DNA of 64,000 nucleotides from Geosiphon pyriformis uo1 (lineage: Eukaryota > Fungi > Glomeromycota), in NCBI GenBank assembly GCA_016748015.1, contig JAAOMT010000009.1:948459-1012458 (forward strand). The letters run 5' to 3'. How positions within the stretch are numbered: position 1 is the first letter of the stretch; every line of letters starts with the position of its first letter. The notes beneath the pieces are model-generated. The model searched no databases, was not told the origin of the DNA, and worked only from the letters and a program-made list of their open reading frames with translations. Both the position numbers and the translations under genes were made by a program. Below are positions 25,335 through 37,399 of this stretch, one piece after another.

Positions 25335-26022
25335 TAATCTCCTCCTCAAGACTGAGCTCCTTCAAAGTCCAAGTACTATCTGTAATATTGAAATAGTGAT
25401 CCAAAATAATTGAAGTAATCTGGTCTGAAAATTGTTGAAATTCTAGTTCTGTGAGTTTGCCAATGTATTGGACTTTCATTGGTTGCAGTATTAGATTTTG
25501 TAGAACATTTTCACAAGTATTAAACAAATCATAGAGTCTAAAAGCTGCTCTAAGTTTGTAGCGAGTGTTTGTTGGTCCAGCTGCTGTTTTGAATTTATTG
25601 TGAATTTGTTTTTGTATAGCTTCAGGAGTGAGATTTGTTGCTTCAAGTTCTAGTTTTCGTTCATAAAGTGTCTTTCCAATGTGAAAGTATTTATAGATAG
25701 GGGTGTGTTCATTGTTCTGTTCATTGAGAAGTAGTAGAAGTTTTTGTTGCATTGTAGCATTTGATGGAATGTTAATAGGGGCAATTAAAAAATTTTCTTC
25801 TAGTGCTTGCTTCAAAAGTCTTGGTAATCTATTTTCAGAGTGACTTCTTGTTTTTCTTCTATAGAGGTGATAGTTCTGTGAATGATTTGCTACTGGGGCT
25901 GTGGTTTCTTTCTGAATGTAATTAATTTGACTTTCATTAATCATTATGGATAAGTTAGGAAGTGTTTTTAAAGCTAACATTAACTTTTGGGATATTTGTT
26001 GAATATTTCAGGGAATAATCAT
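25315..26022 (-). pseudogene. B1 ORF3: unknown ~235-aa protein in the env position, overlapping the PPT and 3' LTR
   Basis: ATG at 26022 with one TGA at codon 5, then open to 25315; homologous to B2 32595-31876. Confidence 0.8.
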
Positions 26023-26167
26023 GATAAAATTAACTAATTATGAAAAGAGAGAATAAGGAAAATTATTTTTGGGATATGGGATTTTTATTTGTTTTTGGGT
26101 TTGGGTGTTTTTGTAATTTATTTACTATTTTTGTCTTTGTGTTTTTATTGGAGAATTATTGTAAAAT

Positions 26168-27553
26168 TTAAGTGTTTAAGTTTGGTTGTTGTTTTATTAT
26201 AATTATTGGTTCTAAATTTCGGGGAATATTTTCAGGATTAATTAAAGGGGAATGTGTACCAATTTGTAGAATTAATGGTTCAGGATTGTTTCTGGAATGA
26301 TAGTGTTTCAATCTGTTTCCATGTGCAACTTTTGCTAGTATTTTGTTATCAAGTCTTAATTTGTATGATCCATTGCCTAGAATTTCGTGAATATAAAATG
26401 GTCCATCCCATTTGTTTTCAAATTTCCCACTCCATTGTTTTTCAGCCTTAGTTCTGTGTAAGAGAACTTTATTTCCAACTTTAAATTTGTTGATAATAGG
26501 TGGTAATTTGTTGTCATGTCTTTCTTTTTGTTGAGCTTGGGAATGTTTAATATGAGTTGCTGCTATTCTTCTTTTTCCTTTCAGTGTACTAAAAAGAGTG
26601 TAGGCTCTTTTTTGGAGTGTTTCTTGAAAGTTTTTTTCATTGATTGGTTGCACTGGATATGTTTCCACTGTGAAATTAATTGGTAATATTGCTGTTTTTC
26701 CATAAGTAAGATCAAATGATATGTGTTTTATAGTATCTTGTTTTAGTGTTCTGTATGCTAGTAACACTAATGGAATAAAGATATCCTATTTCTGCTCAAA
26801 GTCTGTTGAGACTTTGGCTAGAGATTCACACAATGTTCTGTTAAAACGTTTTATAAGTCCATTTGTTTGAGAGTGATAAAATGATGATAGAGGTCTTTTG
26901 ACATTAAATTGTTCACAAATTTCTTGTATCAAGTTGTTCACAAAATGTGTTCCTTGATCAGATAAGAGTTCAATTAGACATCCATGTCTACAGATAATGT
27001 CTTCATAGATGAAATTTGCTACTAATTTTGCATCTATTCTTTGGATGGCTCTAGCTTTAGGCCATTTGGTAAGATAATTCACTGCAACTGCAATATAACA
27101 ATTTCCTTGGATTGTGATAGGTAATAGTTCGACTAAATCAATTCCAACTCTGTCAAAAAGTTGTCCAACTTTGATTGGATTTAAAGGTTCTGTGGGGTGA
27201 GTTCCTTTTCTTCTTTGACAACTATCACAAGATTCTACATATTGTCGAATGTCTTTTTGCATATGAGACCAAAAATAATGTTCAAGAGTTCTTTGAATTG
27301 TTTCATCTCTTCCCAAGTGTACTGAAGACAGATCTGTGTACATGTTGTATAAAATTGTTTTTTTTTTATTCTCTTGTACTAATCTGAGTGGTTGGTTTGA
27401 GTTTCTGTGATTTTTATAATAGATTTTGTTCTGGTGTATGAAATATTGTTTTGACTGGTGTTGTAAGTAGTGTTTTTCACTTGGAGACCAGTTTTTTGGC
27501 ATGGTAAGAGTCTCCAAATAATTTTTAAGATTGCTGTAATTTCTGGGATTCAT
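26168..27553 (-). pseudogene. B1 integrase (zinc-binding domain, DDE core, GPY/F; no chromodomain)
   Basis: HLG...CDSCQR, VGIDLV, LLSDQGTHF, HSQTNGLIKRFNRTL, WDGPFYI. Confidence 0.93.
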
Positions 27554-27610
27554 TCTTGTTTGGTTATTTTGTTGGTAGATTGGTAAGTTGTGGTGGAATT
27601 GTTATTGGTA

Positions 27611-28960
27611 TTAATCTTGTCTCATTCTTGAGAGACTATCAACATTGGTATGTAGTTTTCCTGGTTTGTGGTGTACAATATATCTGTAGTCTGCTAGGAA
27701 GTTATTCCATCAAGACTGTTTGACACTTTGTTCAGTTTTCTTTTTATTGAGCCATTTGAGGCCAATGTTGTCCGTTATTATGTCAAATTCTTTTTCATTC
27801 TTCAGATATTGTTGAAAATGTTTAAGAGCCCAAATAACTGCAGCAGCTTCTAATTCAATTGAGCCGTATTTTAGTTTTGTTGGTTTGAGTGTTCTATTAG
27901 CATAAGCAATGACTTGTTCTTGCCCATTTTCATCTACTTGTAATAAAATAACACCAAATGCTATGTGTGAAGCATCAGTGACTAGTTGAAATCGTTTGTT
28001 GAAGTCTGGGTAAGCAAGAACTGGAGCTGTTGTCAGCTTTGTTTTGAGAGTTTTAAATGCTTTTTGTTGTTCTTCAGTCCATTTGTATGGCACATTTTTA
28101 TTGGTGAGATAATTGAGTAGTTTGGCAATTTCTGAGAATTCTTTGATGAATTTTCAATAATAGGAGGCTAATCCTACAAATCTTTATAGCTCTGTGGTAT
28201 TTTTTGGAGTTTGGAAGTTTTTGACAGCACTAATTGTTTTAGGGTTTGGTTTGACTCCATCTTTACTAACAATGTGTTCAAGAAAGATTAAGCTTGTTTT
28301 TCCAAAGTGACATTTCTCAATATTCAACTTCAATCCTGCTTTCCATAATCATTGAAAAACTTTTTGCAGATGAATAAAATGAGCTTCAAAGCTTGGTAAG
28401 TACACATCAGTGTCATCAAGATAAACAACTACTAATTGCCATAAGAGTCCTTCATATACAACATCCATGAGTCGTTGGAATGTTGCTGGTGCATTGCAGA
28501 GTTCAAAAGGCATAACATTAAACTTATAGTTTCCTCCTTGGGTGGTGAATGCTGTTTTGGGTCGGTCTTTTGGGTCTATTTTAACTTGTCAGTATCCACT
28601 TTCCAAGTCTAAAGTTGAGAAAAACTTGGCTTTTCCTAGAGCATCTAGCATGTTATTAATTCTTGGAAAAGGGTAGGCATCTCCAATTGTAACACTATTC
28701 AGTTGTCTATAATTAACACAGAATCTGATTTTTCCATTTTTCTTTTTAACTAAAACTACTGGTGAGGCCCAAGGACTTCTTGATGGTTGAATCAATCCGT
28801 TATTGAGCATTTTTTGGACCTCTTCTTTAATGAATTGGTGGCTGGCAGGTGGCACTTAATAGGCTTGTTGACATTTTGATGGAGTATTTCCTGTATGGAT
28901 CTGATGTTGAACAATGTCTGTTTTTCTCAAGTCATTGTTGTTTTTTGCAAATATGTCTGC
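27611..28960 (-). pseudogene. B1 reverse transcriptase and RNase H
   Basis: SPWASPVVLVKKK, LDLESGY, VVYLDDT (about 28415-28435), LVTDAS, ELEAAAVIWALKHF, NVDSLSR. Confidence 0.95.
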
Positions 28961-29459
28961 AAATTCAGCTATCAATTGTTTCAATTGTCTTTGTTGTTGA
29001 GGTTCTAAGGGACCCATGTTAATTCAAGAGAGTTTTTCTTCCAAAAAGTAGTAGTTTTTAGTAATAAGAATGATATTTGAATTTGGAAGTAGAGTGTGTC
29101 TTACAATTTCGATGAAATTAGAGACAATTTAAGGGTTTTTATCTTGAAAAATATTGCTGTGTATGATTCCAATCTCTAATTTGTTTAATAAAACAATAGG
29201 GTAATTATTGGGGTTGTAGAATATAACTTGAAATTTTCTCATTCCTTTGGGAATATAAATGTTTGGAATTGAGATTTTATGCTTCAAACAGATTTGTTCA
29301 TTGGATTCAAAAATTTGTTGTGTGGTGGTGGGTTTTGAGCAAGTATAAATTTTGTGATGTTTTCCAAAAGGTGAAATGGTAATTGGCTGGAGAAGTTGAA
29401 GAATCTGGTGAGATTTATTTTGTGTATTATGAGTTATGTTTACTGAAACTGTAAATTGT

Positions 29460-29890
29460 TCAGTTGAACCAAAACCTTGAGTTCCTCTTTCACTTTTTCC
29501 CAATTGTTCTCTGTTGTTTACTGATTATAATTCTGAAATGTTGATTAAGGGTAAGTAAATTGCTTGAGCAATTTTTTCAGCATGTTCAATTTTGAATGGT
29601 TTGTCTGTCTTGTTCTGTAACATGATGGTAATGTCTCCAGTATATCCTGCATCTATAACTTCTCCTCTAATATTGATTCTTTTGCTTGCCAATAATAATC
29701 TGGAGGCAATTTGAACCATTGCTCTTGGTAGAATTTCAAGAGCAATTTTGAGATTGATTTTTGTCAAAGACTTTGGTTAAAGAACCAAAGTATCTTTTCC
29801 TGGGTATCTTAGGTCATATTCAGCATCAATTTCGTGTGCTTTTTCTGGTCTGATTTCTTGGCCATGGTTGTCAAAATATTTAAGTTGTAG
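29460..29890 (-). pseudogene. B1 dUTPase domain (trimeric type)
   Basis: Motifs DAEYDL, IASRLLLA, EVIDAGYTGDI, EKIAQAI, RGTQGFGST, in frame with pol. Confidence 0.93.
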
Positions 29891-30924
29891 AGGTGGTTGC
29901 TTTTCAAGAAGATAAATGAGGGCAGTTGATAGTTCTTTTACTAGTTCAGATACTCCAAATTCGATTTTATTTTCATCATTCTCATCTGGCAGAGGAATGC
30001 TAAGAGCATAACATTCTAAACACCATTGGTCATCACAAGGCATAATACATTTTTCACACAATTGAATGTTTATTTGCTCTAATTATTGAATTTGAGCTTC
30101 TTTGGTCAGATATGTGTGGCTTGCAATTTGGTAGTAGGTTTCTATTTCATCTTCATAATCAAATCCAGCTAATTCCATGGTATACTCAATATATTCAGCT
30201 TCTTTCATTTGGCAGACATCTTCTTGGGTGGCTCCATTGATTAATGCTATTGCTAGGTCAAAAATCATTTCAGCATCATAAGGGTAGTGGTAAAGTTTAT
30301 TAAGAGCACTGTTGTATGCTGTATTAAATAGTGTTCCTTTTCTGACTTTTTCCGAAATTGATAGAGCATATTAACAGATTTGATCACATACTCCTCTTCT
30401 CATTGCTATATCAATCCAATTGCATTCTTCTGATAGCATTTCTCCACATGTGAGGCAAGGAGTTTTGTCCTATTTTCCACTTCTTTTTGGGAATCCAAAT
30501 CGTTCTCTATGGCATGCCTTGCAGAAGTAACAAGTGTGAGTTTCATATTTCTCTTCTGAGAAGATACAGGCTCCCATAGATAAAAGCTTCTTTTTACAAT
30601 CTTTGCATTTTAGTGGAATGTATGGTGGTTTTTTTTGTGGTTCTGGTGTGGAATATCAAACTTTCTTCCATCTCCTTAATTCTTCAAAAATCTTTTGTTC
30701 TGTTTCCTCAGCCCAATTGGATAGTGATCCAAGAGCCATGTAGGTTTCAGTGAGTGGTATTTCCTTTTCTTCTTCAAATTCAAATACTGGAGCTTTTTCT
30801 GATCATTTGTTAAAGGTACCATAGGTTGCAGGTACTATGGTATATTGTCTTTGGTATGAGATTTTAAGTTCTTGAGTTTCCCAGTTCAGGTTTGTATTGG
30901 CCTTGAGAAGCCAATCATTTCTGA

Positions 30925-31907
30925 TGTTACTGGAGGTTTTTGGTCTCTTTTCTTAATTGTTTTTGATGTCTGTTTGCTGTGAATTCACGTTTTCTGGATG
31001 TAGTTGAACCTCCAGTAACTGAATTTATCTTCAAATTATCTTCTATAATTTGAACTGCTGGGCTTATAAGTGAAATAACCAATTCCTTGCCAGTTACTTT
31101 ATGTAGTTACATTGTAGTAAGCATTAACTCTTTCCCAGGAATTGCTCATCTAGAAGCTCACTAAAAATGTGTAGTTACTTTGCTGTGAAAGTCAACTCTT
31201 CTACAGGAATCTCGTCTGTAGGCTATCTTAATGATTGTAATCAAAAAATAAAAAAAATAAAAGAAATGTAAAAGAAATAGAATTCTGTCGAGGAAAACGT
31301 TTTCTATCCAGGCCTGGAGTCACTAACAGTTTACTGAAATTGGTAGCTAATCAATTTCAAAATGTTAGTTGGGTTTTTGGAGATTTTCCAAGTACAATAA
31401 TTAAAGAATTTGGTTTTTCAAATTATTTGATATTTCTTTTTTTTTGTGTACGTAGGAACAGTTTTTAAGAGATAAATCTAAAGTAAAATATATTTTTTCA
31501 AAGAAAAAAGCTCTTCTTTTATACAACTTGTCATAACACTATTCTATGAACTTGAACTTTGCTATTTTCTATAATTTCACTGAACTAAAGATACATTTTG
31601 GTGAACTACAAGTTATTTCTGCAAACTATTAGATATTTCGGCAAACTATCAATTATTTTGGCAAATTTCTTACAAATTTTGGCAAACTTTTTGAATGTTA
31701 CATAGTTCAGGATATTGCATGATTAATCATCACAATTAGGTTATATTTGTGTTATGTACAAATTGGATTATTAATTAAATGATAATTTCAGATATATTTT
31801 GCTAATGTAATAAGTAATAATTTGAAACAATAATATATGCTAATTAATGATAAGATTTATAAGGGTAATTTCATGTTAAACAATATCTCTAATTTCGTCT
31901 GATAACA
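30925..31907 (-). repeat. 3' LTR of B2
   Basis: Direct repeat of 39832-40814. Confidence 0.95.
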
Positions 31908-32595
31908 TAACCTTCTCCTCAAGACTGAGCTCTGTTAAAGTCCAAGTACTGTCTGTAATTTCCAGATAATAATCCAAAATTATTGAAGAAATTTGGTCTG
32001 AAAATTGTTGAAATTTCAGTTCTGTGAGCTTTCCGATGTATTGAATCTTCAAAGGTTATAAAATTGGGTTTTGTAAGACATTTTCACAGGTGTGGAATAG
32101 GTCATAAAGTCTAAGAACAGCTCTTAGTTTATAGTGACTGTTTGTAGGTCCAGCTGTTATTTTGAATTCGTTGTGGAGTTGTTTTTGAATAGCTTCTTTT
32201 GTGAGATTTGCTGCTGTAAGCTCCCATTTTCATTCATGAAGTGTTTTTCCAATGTAGAAATATCTATATATTGGAGTATAGTTATGGTTTTCTTCATTAA
32301 GACACAGTTGAAGTTTTTGTTGAATAGTAACATTTGGTAGAATACTAATAGGAGTGAACATTAAATTTTCTCTTAAAGCAAGCTTTAAAAGTTCTGGCAA
32401 GTGAATTCCAGAATAACTTCTTGTGTTCTTCTTATATGGGTGATATTTTCGTGAATTTGGGGCTAAATTTGTGACTACTTCTGTTTGAGTATAATTAATG
32501 TGATTTCCAGTAACAGTAATAGATAATTTGGATATTGTTTTTAAAGCTAATATTAGTTTTTGGGATAATTGTTGAATGTTTTGAGGAATAGTCAT
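31876..32595 (-). pseudogene. B2 ORF3 (homolog of B1 ORF3)
   Basis: ATG at 32595; MTIPQNIQQLSQKL...YFYIGKTL...TWTLTELSLEEKVMLSDEIRDIV*, with internal nonsense changes. Confidence 0.8.
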
Positions 32596-32717
32596 TATAA
32601 GAGATTTGAAAATAAAAGAAAATTATTTTTGGTGTATGGGTTTTTATGTTATTTTTGTTTTGTTTTTGTGAGATTGTTTCTAAATTATAATGATATAACT
32701 ATAATAATAAATTTAAA

Positions 32718-34103
32718 TTAAGTGTTCAAGTTGAAAGGTTGTTCAATAACAACTATTGGTTTTAAATTCCAGGGAATATCTTCGGGATTGATTAAAGGGG
32801 AATGTGTGCCAATTTGTGGAATTAATGATTCAGGATTGTTTCTGGAATTATAGTGTTTCAAACGATCTCTATGTGCAACTTTTGCTAGGATTTTGTCATT
32901 AAGTCTTAGTTTGTATGATCTGTTGTCTAGAATTTCATGAATAAAGAATGGTCCATCCCATTTATTTTCAAATTTTCCACTCCCTTGTTTTTCAGCTTTA
33001 GTTCTGTGTAAAAGAACTTTATTTCCAACTTTAAATTTATTGGTAATAGGTAGTAATTTGTTGTCATGTCTTTCTTTTTGTTGAGCTTAAGAATGTTCAA
33101 TATAAGTTGCTGCTATTCGTCATTTTCCTTCCAATGTGCTAAGCAGAGTGTAGACTTTTCATTGTAGTGTTTCCTGGAAATTGTTTTTATTGATTGGTTG
33201 TACTGGGTATGTTTTCACTGTGAAACTAATTGGTAATATTACTGTCCTTCCATAAGTTAAATCAAATGGTGTGTGTTTTATGGTATCTTGTCTTAGTGTT
33301 CTGTATGCTATCAACACTGATGGAATAAAGATATCTCACTCTTGCTCAAAATCAGTTGAGACTTTGGCTAATGACTCACACAATGTTCTGTTAAAACGTT
33401 CCACAAGTCCATTTGTTTGTGGATGGTAGGGCAAAGACAGAGGCCTTTTGACATTGAATCATTCGCAAATTTCTTGTATCAAGTTGTTCACAAAGTGTGT
33501 TCCTTGATCAGATAAAAATTCTATTGGGCATCCATGTCTACAAATGATGTCTTTATAGATGAAGTTTGCTACTGATTTTGCATCTGCTTGTTAAATGACT
33601 CTGGTTTCAGACCATTTGGTGAGATAGTCTACAGCTACTGCAATATAACGGTTTTCTTGGTTTGTAATAGGGAGTGATTCAACTAAATCGATACCAACTC
33701 AGTCAAAAGGCTGTTCAACTTTGATTGGGTTTAATGGTTCAGTAGGGCATGTTTCTCCTCTTTTTTGACAACTATCACAAGATTCAACATATTCGTAAAT
33801 ATTTTTTCTCATTCGAGACCAAAAGTAGTATTCTAGTGTTCTTTGGGTGGTGCTGTCTTTTCCAAAGTGTGCTAATGAAGGATTTGAATGCATGTTGTAT
33901 AATATAGTCTCTTTTTCTTGTTCTTGTATTAATCTGAGTAGTTTGTCTGGGTTTTTGAAATTTTGATAATAAATAATGTTGTTGTGTAAAAAATATTGTT
34001 TGGCTTGTTGTTGTAGTCAATGTTTTTCATCTGGAGACCAATCTGTTGGGATTGTTAATGTTTCCAAATATTGTTTGAGATTGTTGTAGTTTTCCAAATT
34101 CAT
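32718..34103 (-). pseudogene. B2 integrase
   Basis: MHSNPSLAHFG...CDSCQK, VGIDLV, SDQGTHF, HPQTNGLVERFN, DGPFFI. Confidence 0.93.
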
Positions 34104-34154
34104 TGTTTGTTGGCTGTTTTGGTTGGTTAAATTGAGTGTTGGTTTTTGTGTTTT

Positions 34155-35500
34155 CTAATCTTGTCTCATTCTGGAGAGACAGTCAACATTGGTGTGGAGT
34201 TTTTTTGGTTTGTGATGTACTATGTATTGATAATTTGCTAGAAATTCTGTCCATTGGGTTTGTTTTGCATTCAGCTGAGTATTTTTGTTCTGAAGTCATT
34301 TGAGTTCAATATTATCAGTGATAATATCAAATTCCTTTGGCCAGAGATAAAGGTTGAAATAATGTAGGGCCCAAATTACAGCTGCTGTTTCCAATTCAGT
34401 GGCAGGATAATTTTTTTCAGCTGGTTTTAATGTTCTGCTAGCATAGACAATTACTCACTCATTTTTATTGTCATCCAATTGTGATAGAATAGCACCAAAG
34501 ACAGTATAAAAGGCATCTGTTGCTAATCAAAATTGGTTGCCAAAATCTGGATAGGCAAAAATTAGAGTTATTGTTAGTTTTTCTTTAAGGATTTCAAATG
34601 CATTTTGGCATTCAGCAGTCCATTTGTATTCAACATTTTTGGTAGTAAGCTGGTTGAGAGGTTTTGTGATTTCTGAGAATCCTTTGATAAACTTCCAATA
34701 ATAGGAGGCTAACCCTATAAATCCTCTTAGTTCTGTAGTGTTTCGAGGAATTTTGAAGTTTTTGACAGCACTGATTTTTCCAGGGTCTGGTTTGATTCCA
34801 TCTTTACTAACAATATGACCAAAAAAGGCCAAGCTTGTTTTTCCAAAGTAGCATTTTTTGATGTTGAGTTTTAGTCCTGCTTTTTGTAATTGTTGAAAAA
34901 CTTCTCGCAGGTGTTTTAAGTGTAATTTGAATGATGGAGAATAAACATTAGTATCATCAAGATAAACGACTACTGACTTCCAAAGGAGTCCTTGGTACAC
35001 AACATCTATTAATCTCTGAAACGTTGCTGGTGCATTGCATAATCTGAAAGGCATTACATTGAACTCATAATTTCCGCCTTGGGTGGTAAATGCTGTTTTG
35101 GGGCAATCTTTGGGATTTATAGCAACTTGCCAGTAACCGCTTTCTAAATCTAGTGTTGAAAAGTATTTGGATTTTCCAAGGGCATCTAACATGTCATCAA
35201 TTCAGAGAAGGGGATAGGCATCTCCAATTGTAATGCTGTTGAGTTGTCAATAGTTAACACAAAATCGTATCTTTCCATTTTTCTTTTTAACTAGCACTAC
35301 AAGTGAAGCCCAAGGACTCATGGAGGGTTAGATGAGCTCGTTGTTAAGTATTCGTTGTACTTCTTTTTGAATGAATTGGTGGCTTTCTAGAGCAACTTGA
35401 TAGGCTTGTTGTTGTCTTAGTTTGGCATCTCCTGTGTAAATTTGATGTTGAACCAAATCGGTTCTTCCTAAGTCATTGTTGTTTTTGGCAAAGATATCAA
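34155..35500 (-). pseudogene. B2 reverse transcriptase and RNase H
   Basis: LDLESGYWQV, MPFRLCNAPATFQ, VVYLDDT, LRGFIGLASYY, NVDCLSR. Confidence 0.96.
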
Positions 35501-35994
35501 CAAATTCTGCAATTAGCTCTTTGAACTGGTTTTGTTGTTGTGGTTCAAGTTGTCCCATGTTAATTCGAGATAGTTTTTCCATGACAACATGGTAGTTTTC
35601 AGAGCTGGAGTTTGGGTTGATTTTTGGTAGTGAATGTCCAATAATTTTAGAGAAATCAGGGACTGTTTGGAGTAATTTTTGTTAAAATATATTACTGTAA
35701 ATAGCTCCAATTTCTAAATTATTTAATAAAACTATGGGGTAATTGTTGGAATTGTAAAAAGTAACTCGGACTTTCTTTGTTCCTTCTGTAATATAAATGT
35801 TTAGGATCGAAATATTATGTTTCAAGCAGACTTGTTCATTAGACTCAAAAATTTGTTGTGTGATTGTTGGCTTTGGGCAGGTGTAGATTTCTGGATGTTC
35901 TTTAAAGGGTGAAATGGTAATTGATTGTGGAAGTCTGAGAATCTGGTAGGATTTGTTCTGTGTGTTAAGAGCTATATTAACTGGAACTGTGAAC

Positions 35995-36430
35995 TGTCTA
36001 GTTGAACCAAAACCTTGGATTCCTCTATCACTTTTTCTTAATTGTTCTCTTTGATTGACTAGTTGCAAACCCAAAATGTTAATTAAGAGTAGGTAAATAA
36101 CTTGGGCAATTTTTTCAGCATGTTCGATCTTGAATGGTTTGTCAGTTTCATTTTGAAGCATCACTGTAATGTTTCCAGTATATCCAGCATCAATTATTTC
36201 TTCTCTGACATTAATTCCTTTGCTTGCCAGAGAAGACCGGGAGGCGATTTGAACCATTGCTCCTGGTGGAATTTCAAGTGCAATTTTGAGGTTGATTTTT
36301 GTGAGAGATTTGGGTTTGAGAACAAAAGTATCCTTGTCTGGATATCTTAGGTCATATTCAGTATCAATTTTGTGTGCTTTTTCAGGTTTTATTCTTTGTC
36401 CGTTGTTGTTAAAGTATTTGAGTTGTAAGG
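35995..36430 (-). pseudogene. B2 dUTPase domain
   Basis: DTEYDLRY, ASRSSLASKG, IIDAGYTGNI, EKIAQVI, RGIQGFGST. Confidence 0.94.
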
Positions 36431-37399
36431 CAGGCTGATTTTCAATAAGATAGATAGGTGTTGTTTTACTTTCTTCCATTGCTTCAGGTTCTCCAAATTC
36501 AATTTCTTTCTCATCACTTTTGCTGGGCAAGGGGATGCTAAGAGCATAGCATTCAGGACACCACTGTTCATTACAGGGCATAATACATTCTTCACATAGC
36601 CTAATGTTCATTTGCTCTAATCATTGAATTTGAGCTTCTTGGGTTGGGTAGGTGACTTGCAATTTGGTGGTAGACTTCTACTTCATCTTCGTAATCGAAT
36701 CCAGCTAATTCTATAGTGTATTCAATGTATTCTGTTTCCTTTATTTAATGGATATCTTCTTTGGTAGCTCTATTAATTAATGTCATTGCTAGGTCAAAAA
36801 TCATCTCGGCATCATGGGGGTAGTGATAAAGTTTGTTAAGAGCACTGTTGTATGCCGCATTAAAGGGTGTTTCTCTTTTTACTTTTTCTGAAATTGATAA
36901 AGCATATTGGCAGGTCTGATTGCAGACTCCTCTTTTCATTGCTACATTAATCCAATTGCATTTTTCTGGTAGCATATCTCCACAAGTCAAACAAAAGGTG
37001 TTGTCCTATTTTCCACTTCTTTTTATTAGATGGCTCTATTATTCTCTGTGGCAAGCCTTGCAGTAATAACAAGTATGATTTTCATATTCTTTTTTAGGTG
37101 AAATGCAGGCTCCCATTGATGAGAGTTTTTTGTGGCAATCTTTGCATTTGAGTGGAATGTAAAGGTGTTGTTTTCATGGTTCTGGTTTTGAATAAGAGAC
37201 ATTCCATCTGGTTGTCACTGGTTCTTTTGTTTCAAGAGAATCATTTGTTGAAAAGTACTGTTGTTCAGTTTCATCAGCCCAATTGGAGGTTGATTCAAGT
37301 GCCATAAATGTTTCAATGATAGGTTTTTCTTCTTCCGTTTCAAATTCAAAAGCCGGGACTTTCTTAGAGCATTTGTTGAATGTACCACAAGTAGCAGGT

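Noticed and set aside
25315-26022. env gene
   Set aside because: Too short; no signal peptide, fusion peptide or transmembrane segment visible.
26168-26300. Integrase chromodomain
   Set aside because: Only about 45 Pro/Ile-rich residues follow the GPY/F module; no YxVE...YLVKW pattern.
36640-36660. Programmed frameshift in B2 pol
   Set aside because: B1 is in frame at the same place; B2 has a small private indel.
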